Part shown: in pieces, positions 29,340 to 39,719 of the stretch | How positions within the stretch are numbered: position 1 is the first letter of the stretch | How the letters are laid out: every line of letters starts with the position of its first letter | DNA from: an uncultured delta proteobacterium | Lineage (GTDB): Bacteria; Desulfobacterota; RBG-13-43-22 | DNA length: 64,000 nucleotides | Assembly (NCBI GenBank): GCA_963843145.1 | Contig: CAWJJC010000002.1 | Span: 106,432-170,431 of the forward strand | Direction of reading: 5' to 3' | Notes under the pieces: generated by a model | The model's input: the letters and a program-made list of their open reading frames with translations, nothing else | Database searches by the model: none | Told to the model about the DNA's origin: nothing | Made by a program: the position numbers and the translations under genes

Positions 29340-30435
29340 TTCCATCGGAGAACTGTTCAGGGTGACCACCTTTGGGGAATCCCATGGGGAGGGGATCGGG
29401 GCGGTGATCGACGGTTGTCCTTCCCGGATCGCTTTGTCTGCGGAGGATTTCGTTCCGGCCATGGCCCGTCGCCGCCCTGGGCGGACGCCTCTTGATACGC
29501 CGCGCCGGGAAGAGGACCGGGTGGAAATCCTTTCCGGGGTTTTCGAAGGCGAGACCACCGGCACACCTATCGCCCTTTTCATTCGCAACCGGGATGCCGA
29601 CAGCCGGCCCTATGAAATCCTGCGCAACGCCTTTCGGCCCGGCCACGCCGACTACAGCTATTATCGGAAGTACGGCCACTTCGATTTCCGGGGCGGCGGC
29701 AGGTCGTCAGCCCGGGAAACGGCGGCTCGGGTGGCGTCCGGCGTGGTGGCCCAAAAGATCCTGGAGCCGGCAGGGATTCAGGTGTCCGCCTGGACCCTGG
29801 AATTAGGCGGTATTCGGGCCCGAAAAATTATTCCCGAAGCCGTTGGGAATAATCCTTTCTGCTGCCCTGATCCCGATGTGGTGCCGGAGGTGGAAGCGCT
29901 TCTAAAAAAAGCCCGGCTAGAAGACGACTCCCTGGGGGGTATCGTGGAGGTCCGGGTCCTGGGCTGTCCCCCCGGATTGGGAGAGCCGGTATTCGACAAA
30001 CTGGATGCTGACCTGGCCCGGGCCGTCATGTCGGTGGGCGCGGTCAAGGGGGTTGAAATCGGGGCCGGTTTTGCGGCTGCCCGGCTTAGGGGGTCGGAAA
30101 ACAACGATCCCCTGATTCCCGAGGGCTTCCGGACGAACCACGCCGGCGGTATTCTGGGAGGGATTTCCAACGGCGACGAAATTCTCCTGAGGGCGGCGAT
30201 CAAGCCCATCCCTTCCATCAAAAGGGAACAGGATACCATCACCAGGGAAGGGGCGGCCGTTAAACTCCATCTGGAAGGCCGGTACGATATATCGGCTGTC
30301 CCCCGAGTGGTCCCGGTCCTGGAGGCGATGATCCGGATCGTCCTGGCGGATCACCTGTTGCGCTTCCGGGCTGTGAAAGCGGAAGATTCTTTCCTGGACC
30401 GCAGACCAATACGGACAACTAGCGATGGAGAATGA
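29329..30435 (+). CDS. aroC: Chorismate synthase
   Basis: TTFGESHG, RPGHAD, RGGGRSSARETA, GLGEPVFDKLD, NHAGGILGGISNG. Confidence 0.95.
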   Translation: MAGNSIGELFRVTTFGESHGEGIGAVIDGCPSRIALSAEDFVPAMARRRPGRTPLDTPRREEDRVEILSGVFEGETTGTPIALFIRNRDADSRPYEILRNAFRPGHADYSYYRKYGHFDFRGGGRSSARETAARVASGVVAQKILEPAGIQVSAWTLELGGIRARKIIPEAVGNNPFCCPDPDVVPEVEALLKKARLEDDSLGGIVEVRVLGCPPGLGEPVFDKLDADLARAVMSVGAVKGVEIGAGFAAARLRGSENNDPLIPEGFRTNHAGGILGGISNGDEILLRAAIKPIPSIKREQDTITREGAAVKLHLEGRYDISAVPRVVPVLEAMIRIVLADHLLRFRAVKAEDSFLDRRPIRTTSDGE

Positions 30436-30439
30436 AGCG

Positions 30440-30580
30440 ATGAAAATCTATTTCAATAGCCGCCGTTATTATTGGTACTACTTTTTTAACTGGACAGGTC
30501 CGCCCCGGCAAACTGCTTTGATTTTCAATGGCCGTGGGGGGATCGAAACCCACGGCCTTTCTTATTTCAAACGGAGATAA
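30440..30580 (+). CDS. Internal aromatic-amino-acid leader peptide (MKIYFNSRRYYWYYFFNW...)
   Basis: YYWYYFFNW run, GGAG RBS, hairpin GGCCGTGGG..CCCACGGCC-TTTCTT at 30530-30563, stop 4 nt before the aroF ATG. Confidence 0.7.
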   Translation: MKIYFNSRRYYWYYFFNWTGPPRQTALIFNGRGGIETHGLSYFKRR

Positions 30581-30584
30581 AATC

Positions 30585-31457
30585 ATGGATAACCTGAAAC
30601 TCAGCATTAAAAACGGCAACCCGGATAAAAGGACGGTGGTCACTGTCGGCCCGGTTAGAGTCGGCGAGGACTTTGTCGTCATCGCGGGACCCTGCAGCGT
30701 GGAAAGCGAAGAACAGGCCCTTCAAACCGCCCGGGCGGTAAAAAAGGCGGGGGCCAACATGCTTAGGGGCGGGGCCTTCAAGCCCAGGACCTCTCCGTAT
30801 GATTTCCAGGGGTTGGGGCTCAAGGGCCTGAAGATTTTGGAAAAGGCCAAGAAGGAGACCGGCCTGCCGGTGGTTACCGAAGTGACCGACCCCCGGGATG
30901 TTTCCTGGGTCAGCGAATACGCGGACGTCCTCCAGATCGGAACCCGAAACATGCAGAATTTTTCACTGCTTAAGGAAGTAGGCAAGATGAATAAACCGGT
31001 GCTCTTGAAAAGAGGCATGTACTCCACCCTGAAGGAATGGCTGAGCTGTGCCGAGTATATCCTGGCGGGTGGGAACTCCCAGGTCATCCTCTGTGAACGC
31101 GGGATCCGAACCTTCGAAACCTATACCCGCAACACGCTGGATCTGAGCATCGTACCGGCGGTCAAAGAGATCTCCCACCTGCCCATTATCGTCGATCCCT
31201 CCCACGGGACCGGCCGATTAAGCCTGATTGAACCCATGAGCCTGGCGGCCCTGGCCGCCGGAGCCGACGGGATCATCGTGGAAGTGCATTACAATCCGGC
31301 CGAGGCGCTGTGCGACAAGGACCAGGCCATGTCGCCCGTCCTGTTTACCGTAATGATGAACAAGCTCCGGGGCCTGAAAGTGGCGCTGGGCTACAGAATC
31401 TCCGCAGGTGCGGGAGGGGAGGTCGAGCCCCTTCCGCTGATCGCGGCGGGACGCTAA
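30585..31457 (+). CDS. aroF: DAHP synthase (class I-beta)
   Basis: IAGPCSVES, RGGAFKPRTSPY.FQG, QIGTRNMQN, LCERGIRTFE, DPSHGTG. Confidence 0.95.
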   Translation: MDNLKLSIKNGNPDKRTVVTVGPVRVGEDFVVIAGPCSVESEEQALQTARAVKKAGANMLRGGAFKPRTSPYDFQGLGLKGLKILEKAKKETGLPVVTEVTDPRDVSWVSEYADVLQIGTRNMQNFSLLKEVGKMNKPVLLKRGMYSTLKEWLSCAEYILAGGNSQVILCERGIRTFETYTRNTLDLSIVPAVKEISHLPIIVDPSHGTGRLSLIEPMSLAALAAGADGIIVEVHYNPAEALCDKDQAMSPVLFTVMMNKLRGLKVALGYRISAGAGGEVEPLPLIAAGR

Positions 31458-31466
31458 AGGAAACCG

Positions 31467-32492
31467 ATGCCGGTATTGACTATCCAGGGCCGGACGGGAA
31501 ATTCGACCGTCCGGATCGGGGAAAGCCTCCAGAGCCTGCCCCGTTATCTTTCCCTCGGGAAAACCATTATCATCACCGATGCCAATGTCCGGGAAGCGTA
31601 CGGGCGGTTCTTCCCTTCGGCGGAAGTCATCGAGATTGGCACCGGGGAGGAAATAAAGAACCTCGAGACGGTGGGCAGGATATATGCAGCCCTGATCCGC
31701 TACGAAGCCGATCGGGCTTCTTTCATCGTGGGTATCGGGGGCGGGATCGTCTGTGACGTAACCGGCTATGCCGCTTCGACCTATCTGCGTGGCCTGAAAT
31801 TCGGCTTCGTGGCCACCACGCTGTTGGCCCAGGTCGATGCCGCCGTGGGCGGGAAAAACGGCGTCAATTGGGAGGGCTATAAAAATATGATCGGGGTGTT
31901 CAGCCAACCCGATTTTGTGATTTGTGATCCGGTCTTGCTCCGGACCCTCCCCCGAAGAGAAGTCCTTTCCGGGATGGCAGAGGTCATTAAACACGCGCTG
32001 ATCGCCGATGCCGATCTATTTTTCTATCTGGAAGAAAACGGCCCGGCGGTGTTGGATCTCAGGCCGGAGGTGGTGGAAAGGCTGGTGGAAGATTCCGTAG
32101 GGATTAAATCCTCCATTGTCAACCGGGATGAGCGGGAGCAGGGGGAAAGGCGGGTGCTGAATTTCGGGCACACCTTCGGTCATGCCCTGGAAAGGGCCGT
32201 CGGGGTTTCCCATGGGGAGGCGGTCAGTGCCGGTATGGTCTTGGCGGCGGCGATTTCCGAACAAAAAGGCTATCTGCCGGGCCATGACCGGGAAAGGATT
32301 GAGAAGCTGCTTTCCTCCCTGGGGCTGCCGCGCCGACTTCCCTGCCCGAGAGAGCGGCTGCTGGAGGCCTTGCGAAAAGACAAAAAGCGGGAAGGGGAGA
32401 GGCTCCATTTTGTCTTGTTGAAGGCCCTGGGCCGGGCCGTGGTGGAAGAGATGTCTTTCGAAGAATTGGAAAAGTTTCTTTCTCGAGCTTAA
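31467..32492 (+). CDS. aroB: 3-dehydroquinate synthase
   Basis: GEEIKN, GIGGGIVCD, TTLLAQVDAAVGGKNGVN, LNFGHTFGHALE, HGEAV. Confidence 0.95.
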   Translation: MPVLTIQGRTGNSTVRIGESLQSLPRYLSLGKTIIITDANVREAYGRFFPSAEVIEIGTGEEIKNLETVGRIYAALIRYEADRASFIVGIGGGIVCDVTGYAASTYLRGLKFGFVATTLLAQVDAAVGGKNGVNWEGYKNMIGVFSQPDFVICDPVLLRTLPRREVLSGMAEVIKHALIADADLFFYLEENGPAVLDLRPEVVERLVEDSVGIKSSIVNRDEREQGERRVLNFGHTFGHALERAVGVSHGEAVSAGMVLAAAISEQKGYLPGHDRERIEKLLSSLGLPRRLPCPRERLLEALRKDKKREGERLHFVLLKALGRAVVEEMSFEELEKFLSRA

Positions 32493-32538
32493 GGGGTGCA
32501 GCGATTCATACGAAGATAAACTCGGGCTCACTGAAAAG

Positions 32539-32580
32539 TTGAACATCGAACATCGAACGTCCAACATCGAAAGTTGAATA
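32539..32580. repeat. Heptamer repeat array (AACATCG-type)
   Basis: tgaacatc gaacatc gaacgtc caacatc gaaagtt gaat between aroB and pheA. Confidence 0.6.
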
Positions 32581-32599
32581 CGAAACAAGGAAACCCATA

Positions 32600-33655
32600 A
32601 TGACCCTAGAAGAGATTAGAAAGAATATCGACCGACTGGATACCAGGATATTGAAACTCCTGAACGACCGGATGGAGCAGGCCCTGATGGTCCGAAAGTT
32701 AAAGCAGCGGATCGAGGATCCCGAAAGGGAACAGCAGGTCCTGGAGCAGATACGGCGCAGTGCCACGGAATTGATCCATCCGGAATTCATCGAGCGGATC
32801 TATTTGGACATCATTCAGGAAAGCAAGACGCTGCAGCAAAAAAACCGGGAGCTGATTGCCTTCCAGGGCGAACACGGGGCCTACAGCGAGGTCGCCGCCC
32901 GGGCCTGGGATCCGAACCTGGTTCCGATTCCCTGTCCGGAGTTTACCGATCTCTTTGAGGGGCTGGAGAGCGGTCTCTTTGACTATGGGCTGGTTCCAGT
33001 GGAGAATACGCTGGGGGGGATGGTCGGCCCGGTGAATGACCTGCTTATCGCAACGGAACTTAAGGTGGTGGGAGCGGTGGAATGGCCTGTCCATCACTGC
33101 CTGCTGGCCCCGCCGGAAATGGACCACCGGGAAATCCGATCGGTTTTTTCCCACCCCCAGGCCCTGGCCCAATGCCGCCGTTTCCTGGCGCGGAATAAAC
33201 TGGAGCCGGTTCGCTACCACGATACCGCTGGCGCGGCCCGGATGGTAGCCGATACAAGGCCGACCGGAGCGGCCGCCATCGCCAGCGCGATATGCGCCAA
33301 GCTGTATGGCCTGAAAATCATCAAGGAGGGGATTGAAGATCATGAGAGAAACCTGACCCGGTTCCTGGTCCTTTCCCAAAGGGAGGCCCGGGAGGAGGGA
33401 GATAAATGCTCGGCCCTCTTCTCCACCGCCCACAAAGCCGGGACCCTCTTCCGGGTCTTGGAGGTCTTCGCCCGGGAGGGTCTCAATCTAACCCGGATCG
33501 AATCGGTTCCCGAAGAGCCGGGTGCTTATGCCTTTTTCCTGGATTTTATGGGGTCGATCCGGGATCCGCAGGTCCAGAAAGCCATTGAAGAAATCAAAGG
33601 GATAACGACCCGTTTCAAACTGCTGGGCTGTTACCTGGAAAAGAGGGGTTCATGA
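32600..33655 (+). CDS. pheA: Bifunctional chorismate mutase/prephenate dehydratase
   Basis: N-terminal CM_2 (R..ID.LD..IL.LLN.R), FQGEHGAYSE, PVEN, SHPQALAQC, NLTRF, ACT domain NLTRIES. Confidence 0.93.
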   Translation: MTLEEIRKNIDRLDTRILKLLNDRMEQALMVRKLKQRIEDPEREQQVLEQIRRSATELIHPEFIERIYLDIIQESKTLQQKNRELIAFQGEHGAYSEVAARAWDPNLVPIPCPEFTDLFEGLESGLFDYGLVPVENTLGGMVGPVNDLLIATELKVVGAVEWPVHHCLLAPPEMDHREIRSVFSHPQALAQCRRFLARNKLEPVRYHDTAGAARMVADTRPTGAAAIASAICAKLYGLKIIKEGIEDHERNLTRFLVLSQREAREEGDKCSALFSTAHKAGTLFRVLEVFAREGLNLTRIESVPEEPGAYAFFLDFMGSIRDPQVQKAIEEIKGITTRFKLLGCYLEKRGS

Positions 33656-34425
33656 GGATAGTTGTCGTCGGGGCCGGACGGATGGGAACCTGGCTGGTGG
33701 AGGCGCTCAGCCCGAATCACGAGGTGTCGGTTTATGATCAGGATCCCCGGAAATTGCAGTATTTTTTTCAGGCGAAGAAATTATCCTCCCTGGCGGAGAT
33801 TCAGGATCTGGCGCCCGAATTGATGATCAATGCCGTCGATCTGGTTCATACCCGGCAGGCCTTCGAAGAGGTCCTCTCCTATCTGCCGGAGGACTGTCTG
33901 CTGGCCGATATTGCTTCGGTCAAGACCGGCTTGGCGGACCTCTACCGGACCCTGGGGAAACGGTTTGTCTCCACCCATCCCATGTTCGGACCGACCTTTG
34001 CCGATGTGCGCGACCTCAAGGGTGAGCATGCCATCCTGATCGGAGAATCCGATCCCGTCGGGAAGGAATTTTTTCGGGATTTTTACCAGGGGCTCCACCT
34101 TATGGTCCATGAATATTCCTTTGAAGAGCATGATCGAACCATCGCTTATTCCTTGTCGGTCCCCTTTGTTTCGACCCTGGTCTTTGCGGCCTGTATGAAA
34201 AGACAGGAGGCCCCCGGGACCACCTTTCGCAAGCATATGGACATCGCCCGGGGATTGTTCTCCGAGGACGATCAATTGTTGACCGAAGTCCTGTTCAATC
34301 CGGCCACCATCCGCCAGATCGAGCGGATCAATTCGCGGCTATCTTTCTTAACCCATATCATCCGGGAACGGGACACCGAGGAAATGCAGAAATTCCTGGG
34401 CAAATTAAGAAGGAATATCGCTTGA
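33652..34425 (+). CDS. tyrA: Prephenate/arogenate dehydrogenase
   Basis: GAGRMG Rossmann motif, DIASVK, HPMFGP, EEHD. Confidence 0.9.
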   Translation: MRIVVVGAGRMGTWLVEALSPNHEVSVYDQDPRKLQYFFQAKKLSSLAEIQDLAPELMINAVDLVHTRQAFEEVLSYLPEDCLLADIASVKTGLADLYRTLGKRFVSTHPMFGPTFADVRDLKGEHAILIGESDPVGKEFFRDFYQGLHLMVHEYSFEEHDRTIAYSLSVPFVSTLVFAACMKRQEAPGTTFRKHMDIARGLFSEDDQLLTEVLFNPATIRQIERINSRLSFLTHIIRERDTEEMQKFLGKLRRNIA

Positions 34426-35126
34426 AGATCTGCATACCCATCGGCGCTACCACTACCGAAGGGGCGACCGAAAAGATCATTCGGGCCAATGAACTCGCGG
34501 ACCTGCTGGAATTTCGTCTGGATCTCTTGGGTCCCGTCCGTCTGGAAGAATTGCGGCGGGCTGCCGTCAGACCGGTGATCGCCACCTGCCGGTCCAAAAG
34601 GCAGGGGGGGCAGGGGCCGGACGACGGCGAGAGGCAGGCCCGGGCTTTACGCCGGGCCAGGGAAGCCGGGGCCGATCTGGTGGACCTGGAGTACGATCTG
34701 GCCCCTCGAATTCGGGAGGACTTGCTGAGGGTCTTTGGATCGGAGCGGGTTATTCTTTCCACCCATCTGCTCACCGGGACCCCGTCCTGGAGGTCCCTGC
34801 AGGGCCTGCTGAAACGAATGGCGGCTGTCGGTTCCTCCCTGGTCAAGATTGTCACTCGGGCAGAGACGATTGAAGACAATCTCCGGGTGCTCCGATTAAT
34901 CCCTGAGGCCGGAAGAATGGGCTTGGAAATTATCGCCTTCTGCCTCGGTCCGCTGGGACGAATCAGCCGGATCGCTTCTCCTTTGCTGGGAGGATATCTA
35001 ACCTTCGCCGCACTGGAACCCGGGGAGGGATCCGCCCCGGGGCAGATTCCGGCCGAGGAGATGAGGAGGGTGTTAACGCTAATGAGCTCAGAAGGATATT
35101 CAAGTTCTCATAATGAGACTGGCTGA
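34422..35126 (+). CDS. aroD: Type I 3-dehydroquinate dehydratase
   Basis: EFRLD, IATCR...QGG, VDLE, ILSTH, KIV, GRISR, APGQ. Confidence 0.9.
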   Translation: MKICIPIGATTTEGATEKIIRANELADLLEFRLDLLGPVRLEELRRAAVRPVIATCRSKRQGGQGPDDGERQARALRRAREAGADLVDLEYDLAPRIREDLLRVFGSERVILSTHLLTGTPSWRSLQGLLKRMAAVGSSLVKIVTRAETIEDNLRVLRLIPEAGRMGLEIIAFCLGPLGRISRIASPLLGGYLTFAALEPGEGSAPGQIPAEEMRRVLTLMSSEGYSSSHNETG

Positions 35127-35151
35127 TAATTTCTTTATGAGGTTAACCCCC

Positions 35152-35970
35152 ATGATCGACCGAAAAACACAAATCTATGGCGTCATTGGATATCCCTTGG
35201 GACACACCTTGAGCCCGGTGATGCACAATGCCGCCTTCAAAGCCAATGACCTCAACGCCGTTTACCTTTCCTTTGAGACCCGGGATCTCCCCGGGGCCCT
35301 GGCCGGGATGCGGGCCCTGGGAATCCGGGGAATGAGCGTCACCCTTCCCCATAAAACAGCCGTAATTTCTTTGCTGGACGGGGTGGATGACCTGGCCAAA
35401 AAGATCGGGGCCGTCAATACCATCATCAATAAAGAAGGACGGCTGACCGGAACCAACACGGATGCCCTGGGCGCTTTAAGGGCCTTGGAAGAGAAAACGA
35501 AACTTACCGGGAAGACCGCTCTTATAGTCGGCGCCGGAGGCGCGGCCCGGGCCATAGGTTATCTGTTAAAGGAACAGGGGGTGCGCCTGACCCTGACCAA
35601 CCGTTCCCGGGAGAAGGGAGAAGCGTTGGCCGATTGCTTGAATTGCCCTTTCCTGCCTCTGGAGAAAATTTCGAGGGTGGATTCCGACCTGCTGGTTCAG
35701 ACCACACCGGTAGGAATGGTTCCCCATGAGGATCAATGCCTTTTGGAACCCGAAAATCTTAAAAAAGGGATGATCGTCATGGATGTGATTTACAACCCCC
35801 TGGAGACCCGCCTGATTCGAATGGCCCGGGACCGGGGCTGTACGGCCATCAATGGACTGACCATGTTTATCCATCAGGGTGCGGAGCAGTTCCGGCATTG
35901 GACCGGTCTTCATCCCCCGCTTACGGAAATGATCGCAGCGGTCAAATCGGCCCTGGGAGCATTCCAATGA
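35152..35970 (+). CDS. aroE: Shikimate dehydrogenase
   Basis: HTLSPVMHN, SVTLPHK, GAVNT, NTD, GAGGAARA, YNPLET. Confidence 0.93.
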   Translation: MIDRKTQIYGVIGYPLGHTLSPVMHNAAFKANDLNAVYLSFETRDLPGALAGMRALGIRGMSVTLPHKTAVISLLDGVDDLAKKIGAVNTIINKEGRLTGTNTDALGALRALEEKTKLTGKTALIVGAGGAARAIGYLLKEQGVRLTLTNRSREKGEALADCLNCPFLPLEKISRVDSDLLVQTTPVGMVPHEDQCLLEPENLKKGMIVMDVIYNPLETRLIRMARDRGCTAINGLTMFIHQGAEQFRHWTGLHPPLTEMIAAVKSALGAFQ

Positions 35971-37232
35971 AAGAAATCAAACCACGAGAGACCATCGCGG
36001 CCACCGTACCCATCCCTGGGTCCAAGAGCCTGAGCCACCGGGCCTTGATCGCCGCCAGTCTGGCGAACGGTGAGAGCCGGATCACCAATCTGCTGGAATG
36101 CGAGGATACAGACTATACCCTCAAGGCCCTGCAGGGCTTGGGGATAGCTATAAAAACCGATAAAGGAACAACGACTATTGCTGGAAAGGGGGGGCGGTTC
36201 CCTGTTGCGCCCGGAACCAGATCTCTGTTTCTGGGAAATTCAGGAACTTCCCTGCGCTTTCTGCTTTCTACGGCGGCCCTGGTCCGAGGGGAAACGATCC
36301 TGACCGGTTCTTCGCGCCTGCAGGAAAGGCCGGTCGGTGAACTGGTCAGGGCCTTGCGCGAACTGGGAGTGGAAGACATCTCGGCCGGTGGAGACGAATA
36401 CCCGCCGGTGCGTGTCCGTTCCGGAGGAATAAAGGGGGGAAAGACCCAGTTGACCGGCCGGGAAAGCAGTCAGTATCTTTCCTCGCTTCTGCTGGCGGCC
36501 CCCTATGCCGGTACGGAGGTGGAGATCGAGGTGGACGGATCGATCGTTTCCCGTCCCTACGTGGACCTGACCCTGAAGGTGATGGACCGTTTTGGGGTGA
36601 GGGTCCAGCGGGAAGGGTATAGCCGATTCAAGATCCCTGCGGGACCGGGCTACTGCCCCGCAGACTACCAAGTGGAAGGGGATGCCTCCAGCGCTTCGTA
36701 TTTTTGGGCCGCCGCCGCTGTCACCGGTGGCACCGTGGCTACGGAGAACCTGTTCCCGGAAAGTTCGTTGCAAGGGGATATGTCCTTTCTGGATCTCTTG
36801 GGAACAATGGGGGCAGTGGTAAGAAAAGAAGCCCGCCGGGCGGTCGTTAAGGGAGGGACGCTGGCCGGCATCGAAGCGGATATGAGCAGGATGCCGGACA
36901 TGGTGCCGACACTGGCCGCCCTGGCCCTGTTCGCCAAAGGAAGAACGGTGATTCGTAACGTCGCTCACCTCCGGCACAAGGAGAGCGATCGCCTCCAAGC
37001 CCTTCGGGAGGAATGGACCCGGCTGGGGGCGCGGATCGAAGAGCTTCCCGACGGACTGATTATCGAAGGTTCAGTACCTTTAACCGGCGTGCTGTGCGAC
37101 CCCCACAACGACCATCGCTTGGCCATGAGCCTGGCCGTCATCGGCTTAAAGGTCCCGGGGATCCAGATCCGTCAGCCCGAATGCGTCAGTAAATCCTTTC
37201 CCTTGTTTTGGGATTTTTGGAACCGCCTCTAG
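35967..37232 (+). CDS. aroA: EPSP synthase
   Basis: PGSKSLSHR, GNSGTSLRF, SSQYLSSLL, EGDASSA, LRHKESDR, DHRLAMS, KSFP. Confidence 0.95.
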   Translation: MKEIKPRETIAATVPIPGSKSLSHRALIAASLANGESRITNLLECEDTDYTLKALQGLGIAIKTDKGTTTIAGKGGRFPVAPGTRSLFLGNSGTSLRFLLSTAALVRGETILTGSSRLQERPVGELVRALRELGVEDISAGGDEYPPVRVRSGGIKGGKTQLTGRESSQYLSSLLLAAPYAGTEVEIEVDGSIVSRPYVDLTLKVMDRFGVRVQREGYSRFKIPAGPGYCPADYQVEGDASSASYFWAAAAVTGGTVATENLFPESSLQGDMSFLDLLGTMGAVVRKEARRAVVKGGTLAGIEADMSRMPDMVPTLAALALFAKGRTVIRNVAHLRHKESDRLQALREEWTRLGARIEELPDGLIIEGSVPLTGVLCDPHNDHRLAMSLAVIGLKVPGIQIRQPECVSKSFPLFWDFWNRL

Positions 37233-37328
37233 TCCCGCTAGAAAAATCGGAAGAGAATTGGGAGTTGATGAAGGGGCGGTTAGTAGGAGAATCAAAAAAT
37301 GATTACTATTTGAAAGTGGCTTTTATTC

Positions 37329-38141
37329 TTATTTCGAAATCGCTGTGGTTTCAAATCCATAGTCTCTCAGTATCTTTTGGCCCTGGGGCGACAAAATATA
37401 CATGGCGAGTCTCCAGGCCTCATTCGGCGCTCCATCCCTGACTAAAAGGCCGTAGTCGGCTTCTACAGAAAGGTCTTCAGGTATCCTGATGATCTTAAGG
37501 GCTGGTACTTCTTTTCGAGCCAATACAGCGTTGGTGCAGTAGGTAAGGAAGACGTCAGCCTTCTTCTCGCTCATCACCCATCCGTATTGGTTGCGTCCTT
37601 CGGGAGCCTTATCACTGTCTGGCCCGCCAGTGAGTTGAAGTGCCTTCCCGGAAAGCGTCGTAAAGCTCCCTTTCTTGATCGCATCTGCTTTTCTAAAAAG
37701 TTCCCAGGCATAGTCTCCGCTTGGATCTGCTTTTGGTGTCGAAATCCCCACTCGGACGTTCTTATTCATAAGGGTGTTAAAGAGATTTTCTGTTGTACCC
37801 TCTACATCAGACTGAGCTAATGCACAAAGCTGATTACGGGCAAACAAGACTACGGGACTTCCCCATCCGCTGGACGCGAGTTTTTCGGGGTGAGCCATAT
37901 CCGCGGAAGCGAAAACATCGCAATTTTCACCTCCTTCAATGGCCTTTCTCAAAAGGCCGCTGGGGCCGAATTGTTTAGTAACTTTCGTCCCATAGGTTTT
38001 TTCATAGGAAGCCGCCACATCGTCGAGGGCTGTCTTCAAGCTTCCTGCTGCATAAAGTTTTAAGGATTCGGCCGATACGGACAAAGGCGTCGAAAGGACA
38101 AGAAGCGCAACAAAAACCAAGTATTTTCGATAGATCTTCAC
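37329..38141 (-). CDS. modA: Molybdate ABC transporter substrate-binding protein (orphan)
   Basis: Signal peptide, YAAGSL, FGPSGLL, DVFASA, FARN.L, STPKADPSGDYAW. Confidence 0.85.
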   Translation of the reverse strand: MKIYRKYLVFVALLVLSTPLSVSAESLKLYAAGSLKTALDDVAASYEKTYGTKVTKQFGPSGLLRKAIEGGENCDVFASADMAHPEKLASSGWGSPVVLFARNQLCALAQSDVEGTTENLFNTLMNKNVRVGISTPKADPSGDYAWELFRKADAIKKGSFTTLSGKALQLTGGPDSDKAPEGRNQYGWVMSEKKADVFLTYCTNAVLARKEVPALKIIRIPEDLSVEADYGLLVRDGAPNEAWRLAMYILSPQGQKILRDYGFETTAISK

Positions 38142-38443
38142 AATGGCCTCCTTTCTTTTGTGACAACAATATAGTTAAGTGGATTTCCCGGAATGTCCCC
38201 GAAAATGAATTTATTTATAAAAAAATACTGAAAACTGGATACAATCTCTTTAATCTTCTAACTGCCACAAGAAAAGCTGTTTAAATTACTTGAGATTTCC
38301 TACCCCCTAATAGCAATAAAGTCAATAAACAGTAATCCCCTCTTGTTGACTTCCCTTTGAAGAAATAGATAATCTATCAGAAGGTCTCTGGACGCCCAAG
38401 CCTTCATAATCAGACGGTCCAAACGGCCCGGATAGAAAGTTCC

Positions 38444-39418
38444 CTACTCGACAACAACGGTTACCACGTAATTTGAGCCTCCCTGGAGACGCGCCTCGAT
38501 TTCGGCAACGCCCGGCGTCGGTCCACCTGTAACGTGAATGCGCACGACTCCTAAACGGGCGAAACCCGGCCCAAAGGGCTCCGGTTTAAGCGTGACCGGG
38601 ACGCCGCGCCGGGTGATCGTTCCGATCGGTTTCCCGTCGCTCAAGATATCCATGTCGCCTCCCGCTGTCGAGCGAAGCATCATAGATGAACGACAATCAT
38701 TCGGCAACGTTATTAAGAGATCAATGGGCAGCGTGGCGGTTTGGCCTGTCTTCACATGCTGCCAATTCTCGTTGAGGCCTTCATGAAGTTGATTGTAGGC
38801 GGCGATATTCGGTAACGGTTTGGCGGTGATGTGTGCGATGGCCTGGGTCGTCCCGGAAAATTCCCCAGCATCCGAGAGCTGGATCGTGATTGGGTAATCC
38901 CCTGCCTCCTTGGGGTTAAGTGGTCCCCACCGTAGGTGTATCGACTTCAGACCAGGCCTTTCCGGCGGGAAGGCAGGAAAGGACGCCGATATTTTGAGAA
39001 CAATTGTTCGCATGTCCTGCGGATCCAACGCGATGGTGAATGGCACGGGCGCGGCCTTTTGCGGCCAATTGTAAAGAAGAACAGCCTGCGGGGCATGTCC
39101 GGTCTGCGGCGTAAAGGCCGCCGGGAAAGTGAAACGGAATGTCGCCCCGGCCGGTAGAGACATGCCCGGTACGGTCGGGTTCGGCGACATATTAAAAACG
39201 ACCCATGACTCAAACGGATAACCGGCCGCAAGACCGCTGCTCGTCATGGGTTGATATTCGATGGTCGAGCCGAGTGGAGCCGCCACAACAGGCGCGGCCA
39301 AAAGTGCTAAAATCAGCGCAACTGGGGTGATTAGCCGTAGCGTTCGAAACCCTATAAATGCGCTCGGATCTGGCCTACTTATCTGCCTACGAGAAAATCC
39401 ACCAAATACTTTCCACAT
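38444..39418 (-). CDS. Secreted hypothetical protein (beta-rich)
   Basis: 324-aa ORF with GGAGG RBS and hydrophobic signal-like segment; no family recognised. Confidence 0.65.
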   Translation of the reverse strand: MWKVFGGFSRRQISRPDPSAFIGFRTLRLITPVALILALLAAPVVAAPLGSTIEYQPMTSSGLAAGYPFESWVVFNMSPNPTVPGMSLPAGATFRFTFPAAFTPQTGHAPQAVLLYNWPQKAAPVPFTIALDPQDMRTIVLKISASFPAFPPERPGLKSIHLRWGPLNPKEAGDYPITIQLSDAGEFSGTTQAIAHITAKPLPNIAAYNQLHEGLNENWQHVKTGQTATLPIDLLITLPNDCRSSMMLRSTAGGDMDILSDGKPIGTITRRGVPVTLKPEPFGPGFARLGVVRIHVTGGPTPGVAEIEARLQGGSNYVVTVVVE

Positions 39419-39719
39419 TTTAAACCTCCAGGATATGTTTATTGCTATCTTTGGTGCCAGTTGAGGCGCATAGGCGCCAGCCCCTGGCGCCTGGAAGATC
39501 TGGAATGCATGGTTAGCGGTAAGGAAGGGAAAATCTCGACAAGGTGTTTCCGCCCATCCATTTTTACGAGACTCTCATTTTTCCATTGATCGGTATTACT
39601 TTAATCGCCTAAGACGCCGGGAAGTTTTTAGCGATAGCCTTACCTTCTATAAGGTCTTTTCATATCCCTCCCCTGAGTCTTGAAAATAGCGAACCGGCGG
39701 CCTTCTCGAAACTCGGGGG

